Part shown: positions 37,595 to 48,858 of the stretch, in pieces
Numbering within the stretch: position 1 is the stretch's first letter
Layout: each line of letters opens with the position of its first letter
Source: Gemmatales bacterium
Lineage (GTDB): Bacteria > Planctomycetota > Planctomycetia > Gemmatales > HRBIN36
Assembly: GCA_041640595.1 (NCBI GenBank)
Contig: JBEPZY010000001.1
Location: 1,152,001 to 1,216,000, forward strand
Length of the DNA stretch: 64,000 bases
Direction: 5' to 3'
Position numbers and translations under genes: made by a program
Notes under the pieces: model-generated
Database searches by the model: none
Told to the model about the DNA's origin: nothing
The model's input: only the letters and a program-made list of their open reading frames with translations

Positions 37595-37652
37595 GTTGCC
37601 ACTTCAGCAAGCCTTATGAAAACAGGAAAAAAGGAAACATTTTTACGCGGCT

Positions 37653-37684
37653 ATACTTGACGAAAAAGTAAACGTTCCTAGAAT
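37653..37684 (+). promoter_or_regulatory. Sigma70-like promoter of the suf operon overlapped by an IscR/Rrf2-type half site
   Basis: TTGACG-16 nt-TAGAAT; ATACTTGAC matches the first half of the IscR type-1 motif. Confidence 0.55.
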
Positions 37685-37711
37685 ACTGGCAGCCACGAAC
37701 GGTAGCTGACC

Positions 37712-38287
37712 ATGAAAATTTCCGCCCAGGAAGAGTATGGCTTGCGGTGTCTTTTGCAGCTAGCGGTCGCTCCGGATCACACCCGGACGATCGCCGAAAT
37801 AGCTGCCGCGGAGGGTCTGTCGCAACCGTACGTCGCGAAACTGCTGGCGGTGTTGCGTCAGGAAGGGCTGGTGGAAAGCGTGCGTGGTCGGACTGGCGGC
37901 TACCGGCTCACGGAGCGACCCGAAAAAATTCAGCTTGGTCGGGTGCTGCGGGCTCTAGGCCAGCCACTATACGATGAGCCGGACTACTGCCGCCGGCACG
38001 CCGGCACAGAAACCGAGGGCAGCTGTGTTCACAGCCTGCAGGCCTGCAGTCTGCGAGCCTTGTGGCAGACTTTGGAGACCTGGCTCCGCCACGCCCTGGA
38101 TCAGCTGCACTTGAGCGATCTGTTGCAGTCACCCTGTGATTTAGCTCAGCGACTCAGGCAACGCCTGGAACAAGCGATCCAGGAACTACCCGCGGCTACG
38201 GAATCGTCCCTGATTTCCGGCATTGACACCACTAAATTGCAAAGACGCCCTGCGGAACTTAGTCATGCCTGGCCTGCGGACTCCTAA
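37712..38287 (+). CDS. Rrf2 family (IscR-like) transcriptional regulator
   Basis: [30 protein letters not shown], three Cys (YC...SC...AC..RALW); heads the suf operon. Confidence 0.88.
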   Translation: MKISAQEEYGLRCLLQLAVAPDHTRTIAEIAAAEGLSQPYVAKLLAVLRQEGLVESVRGRTGGYRLTERPEKIQLGRVLRALGQPLYDEPDYCRRHAGTETEGSCVHSLQACSLRALWQTLETWLRHALDQLHLSDLLQSPCDLAQRLRQRLEQAIQELPAATESSLISGIDTTKLQRRPAELSHAWPADS

Positions 38288-38382
38288 ACACTCTAATTAG
38301 TCTCGTTAAGCAAGCGCGGAACAATCAGCTTTTCCCCTTAGCATCCCGAATTCATGCGAGCCTGAACAAACGGAGATTCGCT

Positions 38383-39831
38383 ATGCCGACGGATACAGCA
38401 ACGATTGCCCAGCTCACTCAGCGCGAATACGAGTGGGGCTTTTATACTGACATTGAAGAGGAGAAAGTCCCTAAGGGACTTAACGAGGATATTATTCGCA
38501 CCATTTCTCGACTCAAAGGCGAGCCGGATTGGTTGTTAGAATGGCGTCTCAAAGCATATCGGCACTGGTTGACGATGGAAGAACCGAGGTGGTGGCCCCA
38601 CATCCAATACAGTCGCATTGATTATCAGGATATCCACTATTACGCAGCACCGAAGCGACGTAAACCGCTGGCCAGCTTAGACGAAGTGGACCCGGAAATC
38701 CGCCGTACTTTTGAAAAACTAGGCATCCCACTCGAGGAGCAAAAACGCTTAGCCGGGGTTGCAGTGGATGCGGTTTTCGATAGCGTCTCCGTGGCTACCA
38801 CCTACAAAGAAAAGCTCAAGCAATTGGGCATTATCTTTTGTTCCTTCTCCGAAGCCGTAAGGGAGTACCCGGACTTGGTGCGACAGTATCTCGGTTCCGT
38901 GGTTCCTTATAACGACAACTTTTTCGCTGCCTTGAATTCTGCCGTATTCAGCGACGGATCATTTGTTTATGTTCCTCCGGGAGTGCGATGCCCTATGGAA
39001 CTTTCGACCTATTTCCGGATCAATGCACGGGAAACCGGTCAGTTCGAGCGTACCTTGATTATTGCGGATCGCGGCAGCTATGTGAGCTACCTCGAAGGTT
39101 GCACTGCTCCGATGCGAGATGAGAACCAGTTGCACGCGGCGGTGGTAGAACTTATTGCGCTCGACGAAGCCGAAATCAAGTATTCCACAGTGCAGAACTG
39201 GTATCCGGGTGATAAAGAGGGGCGCGGCGGGATTTACAACTTCGTCACCAAACGCGGTGCATGTCGAGGACGTCGCTCGAAAATCTCCTGGACGCAGGTC
39301 GAAACCGGTTCGGCAATCACCTGGAAATATCCGAGTGTCATCCTTCAAGGAGATGAATCCGTAGGCGAATTCTATTCCGTAGCCGTTACCAATAACTATC
39401 AACAGGCCGACACCGGTACGAAGATGATTCATATCGGTAAGCATACACGCAGCACAATCGTTTCAAAAGGTATTAGCGCGGGGCATGGGCAAAATACCTA
39501 TCGAGGCTTGGTCAAGGTGATGAAAGGGGCGGCGTATGCCCGCAATTATTCCCAGTGCGATTCCCTGCTCATCGGGGACAAATGCGGCGCCCACACCATG
39601 CCCTATATCGAGGTTCGCAATTCGACAGCCCGTGTCGAGCATGAGGCCTCGACCTCGAAAATTGGGGAAGACCAGATCTTCTATTGTCGCCAGCGGGGCC
39701 TTTCAACTGAAGACGCCGTAAACATGATCGTCAACGGATTTTGCAAACAGGTGCTCTTGAATTTGCCTATGGAATTTGCAGTGGAAGCCCAAAAGTTGCT
39801 GGGAATCAGTTTGGAAGGAAGTGTCGGCTAA
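38383..39831 (+). CDS. sufB: Fe-S cluster assembly protein SufB
   Basis: [55 protein letters not shown]. Confidence 0.97.
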   Translation: MPTDTATIAQLTQREYEWGFYTDIEEEKVPKGLNEDIIRTISRLKGEPDWLLEWRLKAYRHWLTMEEPRWWPHIQYSRIDYQDIHYYAAPKRRKPLASLDEVDPEIRRTFEKLGIPLEEQKRLAGVAVDAVFDSVSVATTYKEKLKQLGIIFCSFSEAVREYPDLVRQYLGSVVPYNDNFFAALNSAVFSDGSFVYVPPGVRCPMELSTYFRINARETGQFERTLIIADRGSYVSYLEGCTAPMRDENQLHAAVVELIALDEAEIKYSTVQNWYPGDKEGRGGIYNFVTKRGACRGRRSKISWTQVETGSAITWKYPSVILQGDESVGEFYSVAVTNNYQQADTGTKMIHIGKHTRSTIVSKGISAGHGQNTYRGLVKVMKGAAYARNYSQCDSLLIGDKCGAHTMPYIEVRNSTARVEHEASTSKIGEDQIFYCRQRGLSTEDAVNMIVNGFCKQVLLNLPMEFAVEAQKLLGISLEGSVG

Positions 39832-39864
39832 AAATCAATGTGTAAATAGTGCGAGGAGCTAAAG

Positions 39865-40635
39865 ATGCAACCCATGCTAGAAATCCGTGATCTCCATGTG
39901 CAGGTGGAGGGAAAAGAAATCCTCAAGGGGGTAAATTTAGTACTGCCCGTTGGCCAGGTACATGCGATAATGGGGCCGAACGGCTCCGGTAAGAGCACCC
40001 TGGCTGCTGTATTAGCGGGGCGAGAGGATTATGAAGTTACTCAGGGGGAAATCCTCTATCAAGGGCGATCGCTACTGGAACTTGACCCCGAAGAACGTGC
40101 CCGGGAGGGAGTTTTCCTGGCGTTCCAATATCCGGTAGAAATACCCGGTGTAACAAATATGTATTTCCTCCGGGCTGCGGTTAATGCGATTCGTAAGCAT
40201 CGCGGCCTGCCGGAACTTGATGCTATGGACTTTCTCCAGCTGGTACGCGAAAAGTTGCGTCTTCTGCGCATGGACGAATCCCTCTTGAAACGCTCCGTTA
40301 ATGAGGGATTCAGCGGTGGCGAAAAGAAACGCAACGAAATTTTGCAGATGGCGATATTAGAGCCGAAACTCTGCATCATGGACGAAACCGATTCCGGTCT
40401 TGATATAGATGCTTTACGTGTCGTAGCCGATGGTGTTAATTCTCTTCGTTCGCCAGAGCGTAGCATACTGGTGATCACGCATTATCAACGCCTGCTCAAC
40501 TATATCATTCCCGATCAGGTACATGTATTAGTAGATGGCCGAATCGTTCGCAGTGGTCCCAAAGAACTGGCTCTGGAACTGGAAGCAAAAGGTTATGGCT
40601 GGCTAGAACAGCAGCTGGCAACGAGCAAACTCTAG
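39865..40635 (+). CDS. sufC: Fe-S cluster assembly ATPase SufC
   Basis: [51 protein letters not shown]. Confidence 0.97.
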   Translation: MQPMLEIRDLHVQVEGKEILKGVNLVLPVGQVHAIMGPNGSGKSTLAAVLAGREDYEVTQGEILYQGRSLLELDPEERAREGVFLAFQYPVEIPGVTNMYFLRAAVNAIRKHRGLPELDAMDFLQLVREKLRLLRMDESLLKRSVNEGFSGGEKKRNEILQMAILEPKLCIMDETDSGLDIDALRVVADGVNSLRSPERSILVITHYQRLLNYIIPDQVHVLVDGRIVRSGPKELALELEAKGYGWLEQQLATSKL

Positions 40636-40659
40636 CAAATCACTAATAATGGGTGCGCT

Positions 40660-41988
40660 ATGCTGAAGACACGCGGGCCAGGAAGTAAAATCACCCAGCA
40701 ATGGTCGGCTTTCTTGAGAGGTCAGCCGACACAAGAACCTCGTTTCGTCGTAGCCGCCAGGCAAGCGGCAGAAGCTGCTTTTTCAGAACTTGGCTATCCA
40801 CTGCGTAGAAATGAAGACTGGAAGTACACCAACGTCGCCGCCGTTGCCCAGACCGCATGGCAACCAGCACCACCGGCACAACTGGTGCGCCAGTTTGATT
40901 GGGAAGCAGTTCGGGTCATCATCGCCAACGGTCGCGTACTTGATGTACACGTACCGCCTGCCTCGGCCAATAAACTTCGCATTATGAACTGGCATGACGC
41001 ATCTCAAAAGCATGTCGATTTCCTGGAAAGCCATTGGAATCGGACAGCACGCTGGTCTCAGCATGCCTTTGCCGCGCTTAATGCTATGCTTTTCGAGGAT
41101 GCGGTTATAGTGCATGTGCTGCCGAATCAAGACCTTGATTTGCCGGTGCATATAGAAATATATCAGCAAGCAAATGAGCAACTGGAACCACAGGCGGTGT
41201 TTCCCCGCATCCTGTTCGTTCTGGGGCAAGGAAGCCGTGCCAGTCTGGTCGAGAGCTACAGTGGCGGTTCTGAGCGGTGTTTCACCTGCGGAGTGGTAGA
41301 ACTTATCCTGGAGCGCGGCGCTCACCTTAGTTACTATAAGGTTCAGCAGGAGCACCCAAATAGCATTCATATCGTTCAAGCCTATGCGCGATTGGCACAG
41401 CAGGCAGAATTACAAGCTTACATTGTTTCCCTCGGTGGAGGACTGGTGCGAAACGAGTGTGATGTAAGGCTGGAAGGCGAATACGGTTCTTGCACTTTGA
41501 ATGGCCTTTATTTAGCGCGGGGCAAGCAACATATTGACAACCATACCGAAATCGAACATCTGGCACCCGCCTGTACCAGTTACGAATTGTATAAGGGGAT
41601 ACTTAGCGAACGAGGTCACGGCGTTTTTCAGGGCAAGATTTACGTACATCCGGGAGCTCAAAAAACCGATGCCAAGCAGACGAATCAGGCCCTGTTGCTT
41701 TCCGACGACGCCGAAGTGGACTCTAAGCCTCAATTAGAAATCTACGCCGATGACGTTCGCTGCACTCATGGAGCGACAGTCGGCCAGTTAGACGAACAAC
41801 AGCTCTTTTACCTGCAGACCCGGGGGATCGGCAGGGAACAGGCACGAAGCCTGCTGATTTATGCTTTTGCCGAAGACATCGTCTCTCGGATTCAAGTCGA
41901 GCCGGTGCGTCTCCAGCTCGAGGACCTCCTCCTGGCCGAGGAAGGCTTGCCGCTGGAGCGCGAACTCAGGAGATTGTCGCTGCCATGA
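40660..41988 (+). CDS. sufD: Fe-S cluster assembly protein SufD
   Basis: EDWKYT, GVFQGKIYV, AQKTDAKQ, KPQLEIYADDVRCTHGATVG. Confidence 0.95.
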   Translation: MLKTRGPGSKITQQWSAFLRGQPTQEPRFVVAARQAAEAAFSELGYPLRRNEDWKYTNVAAVAQTAWQPAPPAQLVRQFDWEAVRVIIANGRVLDVHVPPASANKLRIMNWHDASQKHVDFLESHWNRTARWSQHAFAALNAMLFEDAVIVHVLPNQDLDLPVHIEIYQQANEQLEPQAVFPRILFVLGQGSRASLVESYSGGSERCFTCGVVELILERGAHLSYYKVQQEHPNSIHIVQAYARLAQQAELQAYIVSLGGGLVRNECDVRLEGEYGSCTLNGLYLARGKQHIDNHTEIEHLAPACTSYELYKGILSERGHGVFQGKIYVHPGAQKTDAKQTNQALLLSDDAEVDSKPQLEIYADDVRCTHGATVGQLDEQQLFYLQTRGIGREQARSLLIYAFAEDIVSRIQVEPVRLQLEDLLLAEEGLPLERELRRLSLP

Positions 41989-43253
41989 CCCGCATCACAT
42001 CTGTACCGGCAGCCCAGAAGAGCATGCTCCGCTCCTGGACACCTGAGACTTTGCGGGCGGAGTTTCCTATTCTGCTACGCCCGGTGCGGGGAAAGACGCT
42101 GCACTACCTGGATAACGCTGCCACCACCCAGAAACCGCGGGTTGTTATCGAGTCGCTGGTGCGGTATTATGAGGAATGGAACGCCAATGTGCATCGCGGC
42201 ATTCATTATCTAAGCGAACAGGCGACACATGCCTTCGAACAAACACGTACGACCGTGCAGCGGTTTATAGGTGCTCGTAGTTCGCGCGAGATCATCTTTA
42301 CACGCGGAACAACAGAAAGTATCAACCTCGTAGCCTGGTCGTTTAGTCGTCGCTTTATGCAGGCGGGTGACGAAATTATTATTACGCACTTGGAACATCA
42401 TTCTAATATCGTGCCCTGGCAGATGGTTTGTGAAGAGCGCGGTCTGAAGTTGCGTGTTGTTCCGTTGACACCGGAAGGAGAGTTAGACTGGAAAGTTTTC
42501 GAGCGTCTGCTGAGCCCGCGCACGCGACTGGTAGCCGTAGCGCATGTTTCTAATGTGCTTGGGACAGTAAATCCGGTGCAAAAAATTGCTGAGCTGGCCC
42601 ATGCTGCCGGAGCACGGGTTCTTGTAGATGGTGCACAAGCCGCACCGCATTTGCCGGTCAATGTCCAGGAGCTCGATTGCGACTTTTATGCGTTCTCAGC
42701 CCATAAGATGTATGGACCGACGGGCGTAGGCGTGCTTTACGGGAAAGAAGAATTATTAGAGGCTATGCCACCTTATCAAGGTGGTGGTGATATGATCGCT
42801 TCGGTAACCTTTGAAAAAACGACCTACAATGTGCTACCCTATAAGTTTGAAGCTGGCACGCCGAATATAGCGGACGTGGTTGCATTCAAGGCGGCTCTGG
42901 ATTTTCTGAATCAGCTGGGTATGGAAGAAGTAGCCGCCCAGGAGGAGAAGTTGATGGAGTATAGCTTACAAGCATTACGCGAGATACCCGGGTTGACTAT
43001 TTACGGCAATCCGGCATGGCGATGCGGTGCCATTGCTTTCAATTTAGACGGCGTCCATCCACACGATTTGGGAACTGTACTTGATCAGCAGGGTATCGCC
43101 ATACGCACAGGACATCACTGTGCCCAACCGTTAATGGAGTGGTTAGGAGTCCCAGCTACCGCACGGGCCTCGCTCGGCATTTACAATACTGCAGAAGATA
43201 TAGATGCCCTGGTTGCCGGATTGTACCAGGCCCGAGAATTTTTCCGCATGTGA
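41985..43253 (+). CDS. sufS: Cysteine desulfurase SufS
   Basis: YLDNAATTQKP, FSAHKMYGPTG, RTGHHCAQP. Confidence 0.96.
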   Translation: MTRITSVPAAQKSMLRSWTPETLRAEFPILLRPVRGKTLHYLDNAATTQKPRVVIESLVRYYEEWNANVHRGIHYLSEQATHAFEQTRTTVQRFIGARSSREIIFTRGTTESINLVAWSFSRRFMQAGDEIIITHLEHHSNIVPWQMVCEERGLKLRVVPLTPEGELDWKVFERLLSPRTRLVAVAHVSNVLGTVNPVQKIAELAHAAGARVLVDGAQAAPHLPVNVQELDCDFYAFSAHKMYGPTGVGVLYGKEELLEAMPPYQGGGDMIASVTFEKTTYNVLPYKFEAGTPNIADVVAFKAALDFLNQLGMEEVAAQEEKLMEYSLQALREIPGLTIYGNPAWRCGAIAFNLDGVHPHDLGTVLDQQGIAIRTGHHCAQPLMEWLGVPATARASLGIYNTAEDIDALVAGLYQAREFFRM

Positions 43254-43272
43254 AATCAGGATAGCCACTAAC

Positions 43273-43734
43273 ATGTCTGATTTGCGAGACCTTTATCAGG
43301 AGGTGATTCTCGATCACCAGAAGCATCCGCGAAACTTTCGGGTGCTTGCCGAGGCAACGCGGCGTCAGGAAGGATATAATCCCCTCTGCGGAGACCGCCT
43401 GACGCTGTATATAAAGCTAAGCAACAATCGTATCGAGGACATCGCTTTCCAGGGCAGTGGCTGTGCAATCTCTATGGCGTCTGCGTCGGTCATGACTGAG
43501 GCGGTAAAAGGCAAAACCGTAGAAGAAGCCGAGGCACTTTTTCACGCCTTCCATGAGCTCGTGACAGGCCAGGAATCTCCAGAAGCTGCGTCAGCCGCAC
43601 GGCCACCGCTAGGTAAACTGGCGGTTTTCTCCGGAGTGCGAGAATTTCCGGTACGGGTCAAATGCGCCACACTACCCTGGCACACCCTTCACGCTGCCCT
43701 GCAAGGCCGGCAGGAAACTGTTTCCACCGAATAA
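43273..43734 (+). CDS. sufU: SUF system sulfur-transfer protein SufU
   Basis: LYQEVILDH, NPLCGD, GCAISMASAS, RVKCATLPWH. Confidence 0.93.
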   Translation: MSDLRDLYQEVILDHQKHPRNFRVLAEATRRQEGYNPLCGDRLTLYIKLSNNRIEDIAFQGSGCAISMASASVMTEAVKGKTVEEAEALFHAFHELVTGQESPEAASAARPPLGKLAVFSGVREFPVRVKCATLPWHTLHAALQGRQETVSTE

Positions 43735-43795
43735 ATAAAATATCTCGCTATCTTGAAGTACGCAGCACTTTGATTGCTCCCGATGGGATATACCT

Positions 43796-44191
43796 ATGAG
43801 CAACAATGACAAGACACTAAATTCCCAGACTGACAGCGAAACTCAGGAATCGCACTGTGCAACACCGAGCGAACAAATAAATCACCTTGAACTAGAACAG
43901 CAGGTGATTCGCGTGTTGCGATCTATTTTCGACCCGGAAATACCCGTGAACATATATGATCTTGGGCTGATTTATAAGCTGGAGGTGCAGCCCACGGGGG
44001 AAGTTTATATCCGGATGACGCTCACATCACCGATGTGTCCGTCGGCTGCGACGCTTCCGTACGAAGTGGAGCAGAAGGTGCGTCAGGTACCTGGTGTCAA
44101 GGAAGTTAAGCTGGAGCTGGTCTGGGACCCGCCCTATCATCCCTCTATGATGTCTGACGCCGCGCGTATTCAGCTCGGATTTTTTGATTGA
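43796..44191 (+). CDS. sufT: DUF59 Fe-S assembly protein SufT
   Basis: DPEIPVNIYDLGLIY, MTLTSPMCP, LVWDPP. Confidence 0.9.
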   Translation: MSNNDKTLNSQTDSETQESHCATPSEQINHLELEQQVIRVLRSIFDPEIPVNIYDLGLIYKLEVQPTGEVYIRMTLTSPMCPSAATLPYEVEQKVRQVPGVKEVKLELVWDPPYHPSMMSDAARIQLGFFD

Positions 44192-44246
44192 ATTGCGTAA
44201 CTTCCGGTCACGTAGTCGCTAAATGGCGATCTAATCTCCAAGCTAC

Positions 44247-44924
44247 TTAGTCAGGCTGCGTTCGCGCACGACTAACCAGCAGATGCGCTAAGCGAGTTGG
44301 TTCAGGAACGCGGTAGCCGCGACAGCATTGCATTGTCCAGAAGATAGCCTGCTCCAGATCGAGACGATGTCCTATGGAAACATAAATCGGGCGAACATGA
44401 AGCCGGGTGCGTAAAACAGCGCCCACGATCTCCTCACAGTCGTAAAGAGGCACCCACGCACCAACCTGGTCGGGCACTTCGTCATGTTTGCCAATCAAGC
44501 GGCTTTTCGCACAACCGATTGTCGGGATGTCGAGAAGCACCCCTAAATGACAGGCAATGCCAAACCGGCGGGGGTGGGCATAACCATGTCCATCTATCAT
44601 CAGCAGGTCGGGTTGCCTGTGAAGATGTTGCCAGGCATGAAGGACGCCAGGGCTTTCTCGAAAGGATAATAGCCCGGGAACATAAGGAAACGATACCGGT
44701 TGTCGCACTACTTGTTGCTCGATTACCTGATTATGCTTACGGTCCCATATAACTATAGCCGCCACGAGATGACGGTCACTGCGAGTGTAAGCGACGTCCG
44801 CTCCGGCAACATAGCGGCAGGAATACAACTTACCGGCGAGTTGTACCCGGCTGGCCAGTTGCTTCTGCAAAGCGATGGCCTGCTGCGGCGTAAGTTCCCA
44901 GGAATGAACCTGTCCGGCGATCAT
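44247..44924 (-). CDS. nfi: Endonuclease V
   Basis: [46 protein letters not shown]. Confidence 0.95.
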   Translation of the reverse strand: MIAGQVHSWELTPQQAIALQKQLASRVQLAGKLYSCRYVAGADVAYTRSDRHLVAAIVIWDRKHNQVIEQQVVRQPVSFPYVPGLLSFRESPGVLHAWQHLHRQPDLLMIDGHGYAHPRRFGIACHLGVLLDIPTIGCAKSRLIGKHDEVPDQVGAWVPLYDCEEIVGAVLRTRLHVRPIYVSIGHRLDLEQAIFWTMQCCRGYRVPEPTRLAHLLVSRARTQPD

Positions 44925-45985
44925 GCAGCTTGCAAGGCTAAACGCTTAGCTGTCTCTTGAATGATAATGGCTGCCTGTTCGGCTTGCGCTCGACTAACAT
45001 CCAGATGAGTAACTAAGCGGATACGCTGGGGGGAAACCGGTAGTACAAGAACGCGCTGTTCGGCCAGGGCGCGAGCAAAATCCGCCGCAGTACCTAATCT
45101 CGGATCAATGTCGGCATAGAGGATATTCGTTTCGATGTGCTGGGGAAACAAACGAAGCCCCGGGGTATTACGAATGGTTTGTGCCAGGATTTGGGCGTTT
45201 TGATGATCCTCGGCCAGGCGGTGGAAGTGGTGTTCGATCGCGTATAATGCAGCCGCTGCTAAGACACCGGCCTGACGCATGCCCCCGCCAAACAGCTTGC
45301 GGACACGCCGTGCCCGGCGGACAAAGTCTTTCGTACCGGCCAGTGCCGAGCCTACCGGAGCACCGAGTCCCTTGCTGAAACAGACCGAGACAGAATCGCA
45401 GGGTTCGGCCCAGTCCCGAAGCGGAATGCCGGTCGCGATAGCAGCATTCCACAATCGTGCCCCGTCAAGGTGCACGACCAGATTGTGGCGGTGTGCCCAA
45501 TTAGAAATACGGCGAATCGCCTCCAGTGGGAAAATGCTACCGCCACCGCGATTGTGTGTGTTCTCGATGCATACCAAGCGTGTACGCACCAGATGATCAT
45601 TATCCGGTCGAACTAACCCTTCGAGATGTTGCACATCGAAAATACCGCGTTCGCCCTCGATGGTGCGGCACATAACACCGCTAAGCACTGCCGGGCCGCC
45701 TGCTTCATAGTTGTACACATGGGAATTAACGTCGCATATTAGTTCGTCACCCGGCTGGGTGTGCACCTTGATGCAGATCTGGTTAGACATAGTACCCGAG
45801 GGCACGAAGAGCGCGGCTTCTTTACCTAATAACTCGGCAACGCGTTCTTCTAAACGTCGCACAGTGGGATCTTCACCGAAAACATCGTCGCCTACTTCCG
45901 CAGTAGCCATAGCCGCTCGCATGCCCGCGGTGGGACGGGTAACCGTATCGCTGCGCAGGTCAATTACCGATGTCGCTCGTCTCAT
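44921..45985 (-). CDS. ltaE: Low-specificity L-threonine aldolase
   Basis: [49 protein letters not shown]. Confidence 0.93.
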   Translation of the reverse strand: MRRATSVIDLRSDTVTRPTAGMRAAMATAEVGDDVFGEDPTVRRLEERVAELLGKEAALFVPSGTMSNQICIKVHTQPGDELICDVNSHVYNYEAGGPAVLSGVMCRTIEGERGIFDVQHLEGLVRPDNDHLVRTRLVCIENTHNRGGGSIFPLEAIRRISNWAHRHNLVVHLDGARLWNAAIATGIPLRDWAEPCDSVSVCFSKGLGAPVGSALAGTKDFVRRARRVRKLFGGGMRQAGVLAAAALYAIEHHFHRLAEDHQNAQILAQTIRNTPGLRLFPQHIETNILYADIDPRLGTAADFARALAEQRVLVLPVSPQRIRLVTHLDVSRAQAEQAAIIIQETAKRLALQAA

Positions 45986-46094
45986 ATTCACACCTCGTTT
46001 CCGGATAAGCACTTTGCCAGTGCGAATCTTTTGCTGTTATATAGAGCCAGAGCACAGATTGGCGATGCTGTGACAGTGAGCAGGCAGCGCGTTC

Positions 46095-46454
46095 TCACTC
46101 GTGTTCCGTCAAGGGACTCAAGCGCACGGCTGTTCCATAGCACAAAACTTCGGTGACACCCTGCATGAACTCCGTAGCATCGTAGCGCATGGCAATGATT
46201 GCGTCGGCACCGAGTTCCCGGGCGTGGTCTATCATGCGGGCAAAGGCTTGTTTGCGTGCTTCTTCGCACACCGTAACCCAGGTTTCGATGTTGCCGCCAA
46301 CGATGGATTTCAGTCCGCCAAGAAAGCCACGGGCAATTCCCGTGGAGCGAACGACTATGCCCCGCACAATGCCGAGGTACTCCGTGATAGTGTAACCTTC
46401 GACGTGGTTGCTGGTGGTAACGATCAAATAGCCTGGTTTGCCCCCTGCACTCAT
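46095..46454 (-). CDS. YbjQ / UPF0145 family protein
   Basis: ITEYLGIVRG, KSIVGG, GADAIIAMRYD, YGTAV. Confidence 0.88.
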   Translation of the reverse strand: MSAGGKPGYLIVTTSNHVEGYTITEYLGIVRGIVVRSTGIARGFLGGLKSIVGGNIETWVTVCEEARKQAFARMIDHARELGADAIIAMRYDATEFMQGVTEVLCYGTAVRLSPLTEHE

Positions 46455-46576
46455 ACGTTGTGCCCTCAGTGGTAAGCATGCGAAGTTTTTCAGGCGTGAA
46501 TTAGTTTATATCAGAGGCTGGGAAACGGCAGTAGAATATCGTGGTCGGAGCATGTAGCACATTCCTGGGAGAACCA

Positions 46577-47707
46577 ATGGCTGGTAATACCTTCGGATTG
46601 CTCTTTCGCGTCACTACGGCCGGTGTCAGTCACGGCCCTGGCTATGTCTGCATCGTGGACGGCTGCCCGCCGGGATTACCTCTTTCCGAGCAAGATCTGC
46701 TGCCAGACCTGGCACGCCGACGGCCGGGCCAGTCGAAACTGGTGACGCAACGCGATGAGCCGGATTACCCGGAAATATGGTCTGGCGTCTTCGAGGGCAA
46801 AACCGACGGCACGCCGATTGCTATCTTGTTCCGTAATCAGGATCAGCGGAGCCAGGATTATAGCGAGTTGCGCGACAAATATCGTCCCGGACATGCGGAC
46901 TTCACTTACGATGCCAAGTATGGTTTTCGGGACTACCGCGGCGGTGGTCGGTCGAGTGCTCGTGAAACGATTTGCCGGGTTGCCGCCGGTGCGATTGCCA
47001 AAAAAATACTTGGACAACTCGGCATCCGCGTTGTCGGTTACGTGAAACAGATTGGCGACGTGGTGGCTAATGTAACCGACCCCGCCAGCGTTCGTCTGGA
47101 AGATGTAGAAGCCAACCCCGTGCGCTGCCCGGACCCAGTCGCTGCGGAACACATGATGGCCCTGATTGATCAGGTGCGCCGTGAACTGGATTCGATTGGC
47201 GGAGTGTGTGAAATTGTGGCCACCGGTGTGCCACCTGGACTGGGTGAACCGGTCTTCGACAAGCTGAAGGCCGACCTCGCCCACGCTTTTTTATCGCTGC
47301 CCGCGGTGACCGGGTTTGAATACGGTGCCGGTTTCGCCGTCGCCCGAATGCGTGGCAGCGAAAATAACGACGCCTTTATTCGCAAGCCGGACGGCCGCAT
47401 CGGCACCGAGACCAATCGGCACGGTGGTATCCTGGGCGGGATTTCTACTGGTGAGCCGATCGTGTGTCGGGTAGCGCTCAAACCGACTTCCAGCATTCCG
47501 CAACCTCAGCGCACCGTGACTCGAAACGGCGAACCGACCACGATCCTGGTCAAAGGCCGACATGATCCGTGCCTGTTGCCGCGTTTCGTGGTCATGGGTG
47601 AGGCAATGCTGGCCCTGGTCCTGGTGGATCACTGGTTGCGCTGGCGAGCCCAGTGTGGTAGCATCCCTTCTCTCGAAGTGCCTGCTGTCTTCCCCCATCG
47701 GACTTGA
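46577..47707 (+). CDS. aroC: Chorismate synthase
   Basis: [47 protein letters not shown]. Confidence 0.96.
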   Translation: MAGNTFGLLFRVTTAGVSHGPGYVCIVDGCPPGLPLSEQDLLPDLARRRPGQSKLVTQRDEPDYPEIWSGVFEGKTDGTPIAILFRNQDQRSQDYSELRDKYRPGHADFTYDAKYGFRDYRGGGRSSARETICRVAAGAIAKKILGQLGIRVVGYVKQIGDVVANVTDPASVRLEDVEANPVRCPDPVAAEHMMALIDQVRRELDSIGGVCEIVATGVPPGLGEPVFDKLKADLAHAFLSLPAVTGFEYGAGFAVARMRGSENNDAFIRKPDGRIGTETNRHGGILGGISTGEPIVCRVALKPTSSIPQPQRTVTRNGEPTTILVKGRHDPCLLPRFVVMGEAMLALVLVDHWLRWRAQCGSIPSLEVPAVFPHRT

Positions 47708-47718
47708 CCAAGGCCAGG

Positions 47719-48342
47719 CTAACGCGGTTCCTGGCTGTCATCCGGAAGATGAATGCGCAAGATACGCCGGGGACTTGCGACTGGCGGAGTTGCCGTCGGC
47801 TGATGCAACGGTAGCGGCTTCGCCGACAGAGCAGTGAACGCCTCGCCCGGCACTGCCGGCAGCTCAACAGCGTCCGACGCCAAATCATGCGGTTCCCGGA
47901 CGCGAATAGCGGAAGATGCCGGAAATCCAGGTGCTGTCACCGGTGCCGCTGGAACCAATGGTGGCGTCCCCGTCATTGCTGAACCAGGACTAACCGGTAC
48001 ATTTTGGACCGTTCTTATGGGATACACCAGACCGCCGGGGATAGCGTTAGAGTGCGTTGATGGCACTATCCGTGAACCCATAGCTGGTTCAATGGGGCTG
48101 CCAGGCGTGGTGTAGCCACTTATCACGGGACCTGTAATGCTCACGGGGCCTGTAGTTGTTGCAGCGTTACCTGGCCAGGGGCGCCAGCTGGTCGGGAAAT
48201 AACCATAATAGCCACCGAAAGAACTAAGTCGCGGAGCGGGAGCCGCTAAACCTAATTTTTCCCCTAGCTGTGCCCTTATCGCCTGCGGTGAGCCTAACAG
48301 CACCAATCCGGTCAGCCAGCAAGCGATTAGTAATCGCGCCAT
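47719..48342 (-). CDS. Secreted Pro-rich hypothetical protein
   Basis: GGAGG RBS, signal peptide, YYGYFPTSWRPWP motif, then a low-complexity Pro-rich tail. Confidence 0.65.
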   Translation of the reverse strand: MARLLIACWLTGLVLLGSPQAIRAQLGEKLGLAAPAPRLSSFGGYYGYFPTSWRPWPGNAATTTGPVSITGPVISGYTTPGSPIEPAMGSRIVPSTHSNAIPGGLVYPIRTVQNVPVSPGSAMTGTPPLVPAAPVTAPGFPASSAIRVREPHDLASDAVELPAVPGEAFTALSAKPLPLHQPTATPPVASPRRILRIHLPDDSQEPR

Positions 48343-48373
48343 CTTAACAGCCTCCCGAATTGCATCGAAGCGC

Positions 48374-48784
48374 TTAGCGATAAGGTATTGCCCACACTCT
48401 GCGAGTTGCCGCTGAGGAAACACTCGGCGTGGGCGAGATCGGCCCCTGACGTGGCCCGACATTAAAATACCAGCCGGTGTTCATGAAATAAGTTGGATGG
48501 CCGGTCGCAGGCATGGTCTCCTGCTGCTGCAAAATTTCCTGCTGTCGGCGAAGGTCGCCTAAACTAAGTTGCATCTGGCGAACGGTCTTTCGCATCTCTA
48601 ATTCCGGTCGCACCAGTGTAAAGTAGTTAAACCCGGGTCCGCCACCCCGACGCAGGAGGTTGAGATAAGGACTTACAGCAGGTGGCGAAGGGCGATTGTT
48701 CGGCACCTGCGCCATCGTGTCACTATGGGCAAGTTCAACCGCTGCGATAAGAAGGATGGCATTTCTTAGAAGTGTCCGCCTCAT
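48374..48784 (-). CDS. Secreted hypothetical protein (planctomycete-type SPYLNL motif)
   Basis: Signal peptide, PAVSPYLNLLR..NYFTLVRP, TGHPTYFMN..YF. Confidence 0.7.
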   Translation of the reverse strand: MRRTLLRNAILLIAAVELAHSDTMAQVPNNRPSPPAVSPYLNLLRRGGGPGFNYFTLVRPELEMRKTVRQMQLSLGDLRRQQEILQQQETMPATGHPTYFMNTGWYFNVGPRQGPISPTPSVSSAATRRVWAIPYR

Positions 48785-48858
48785 ATAAAGTTCCCCCTTA
48801 CATGGAGATTCGGTTGCCGATAAAAGTATAGCCGGGCGTCGCGTGGCAATGCAAGGTA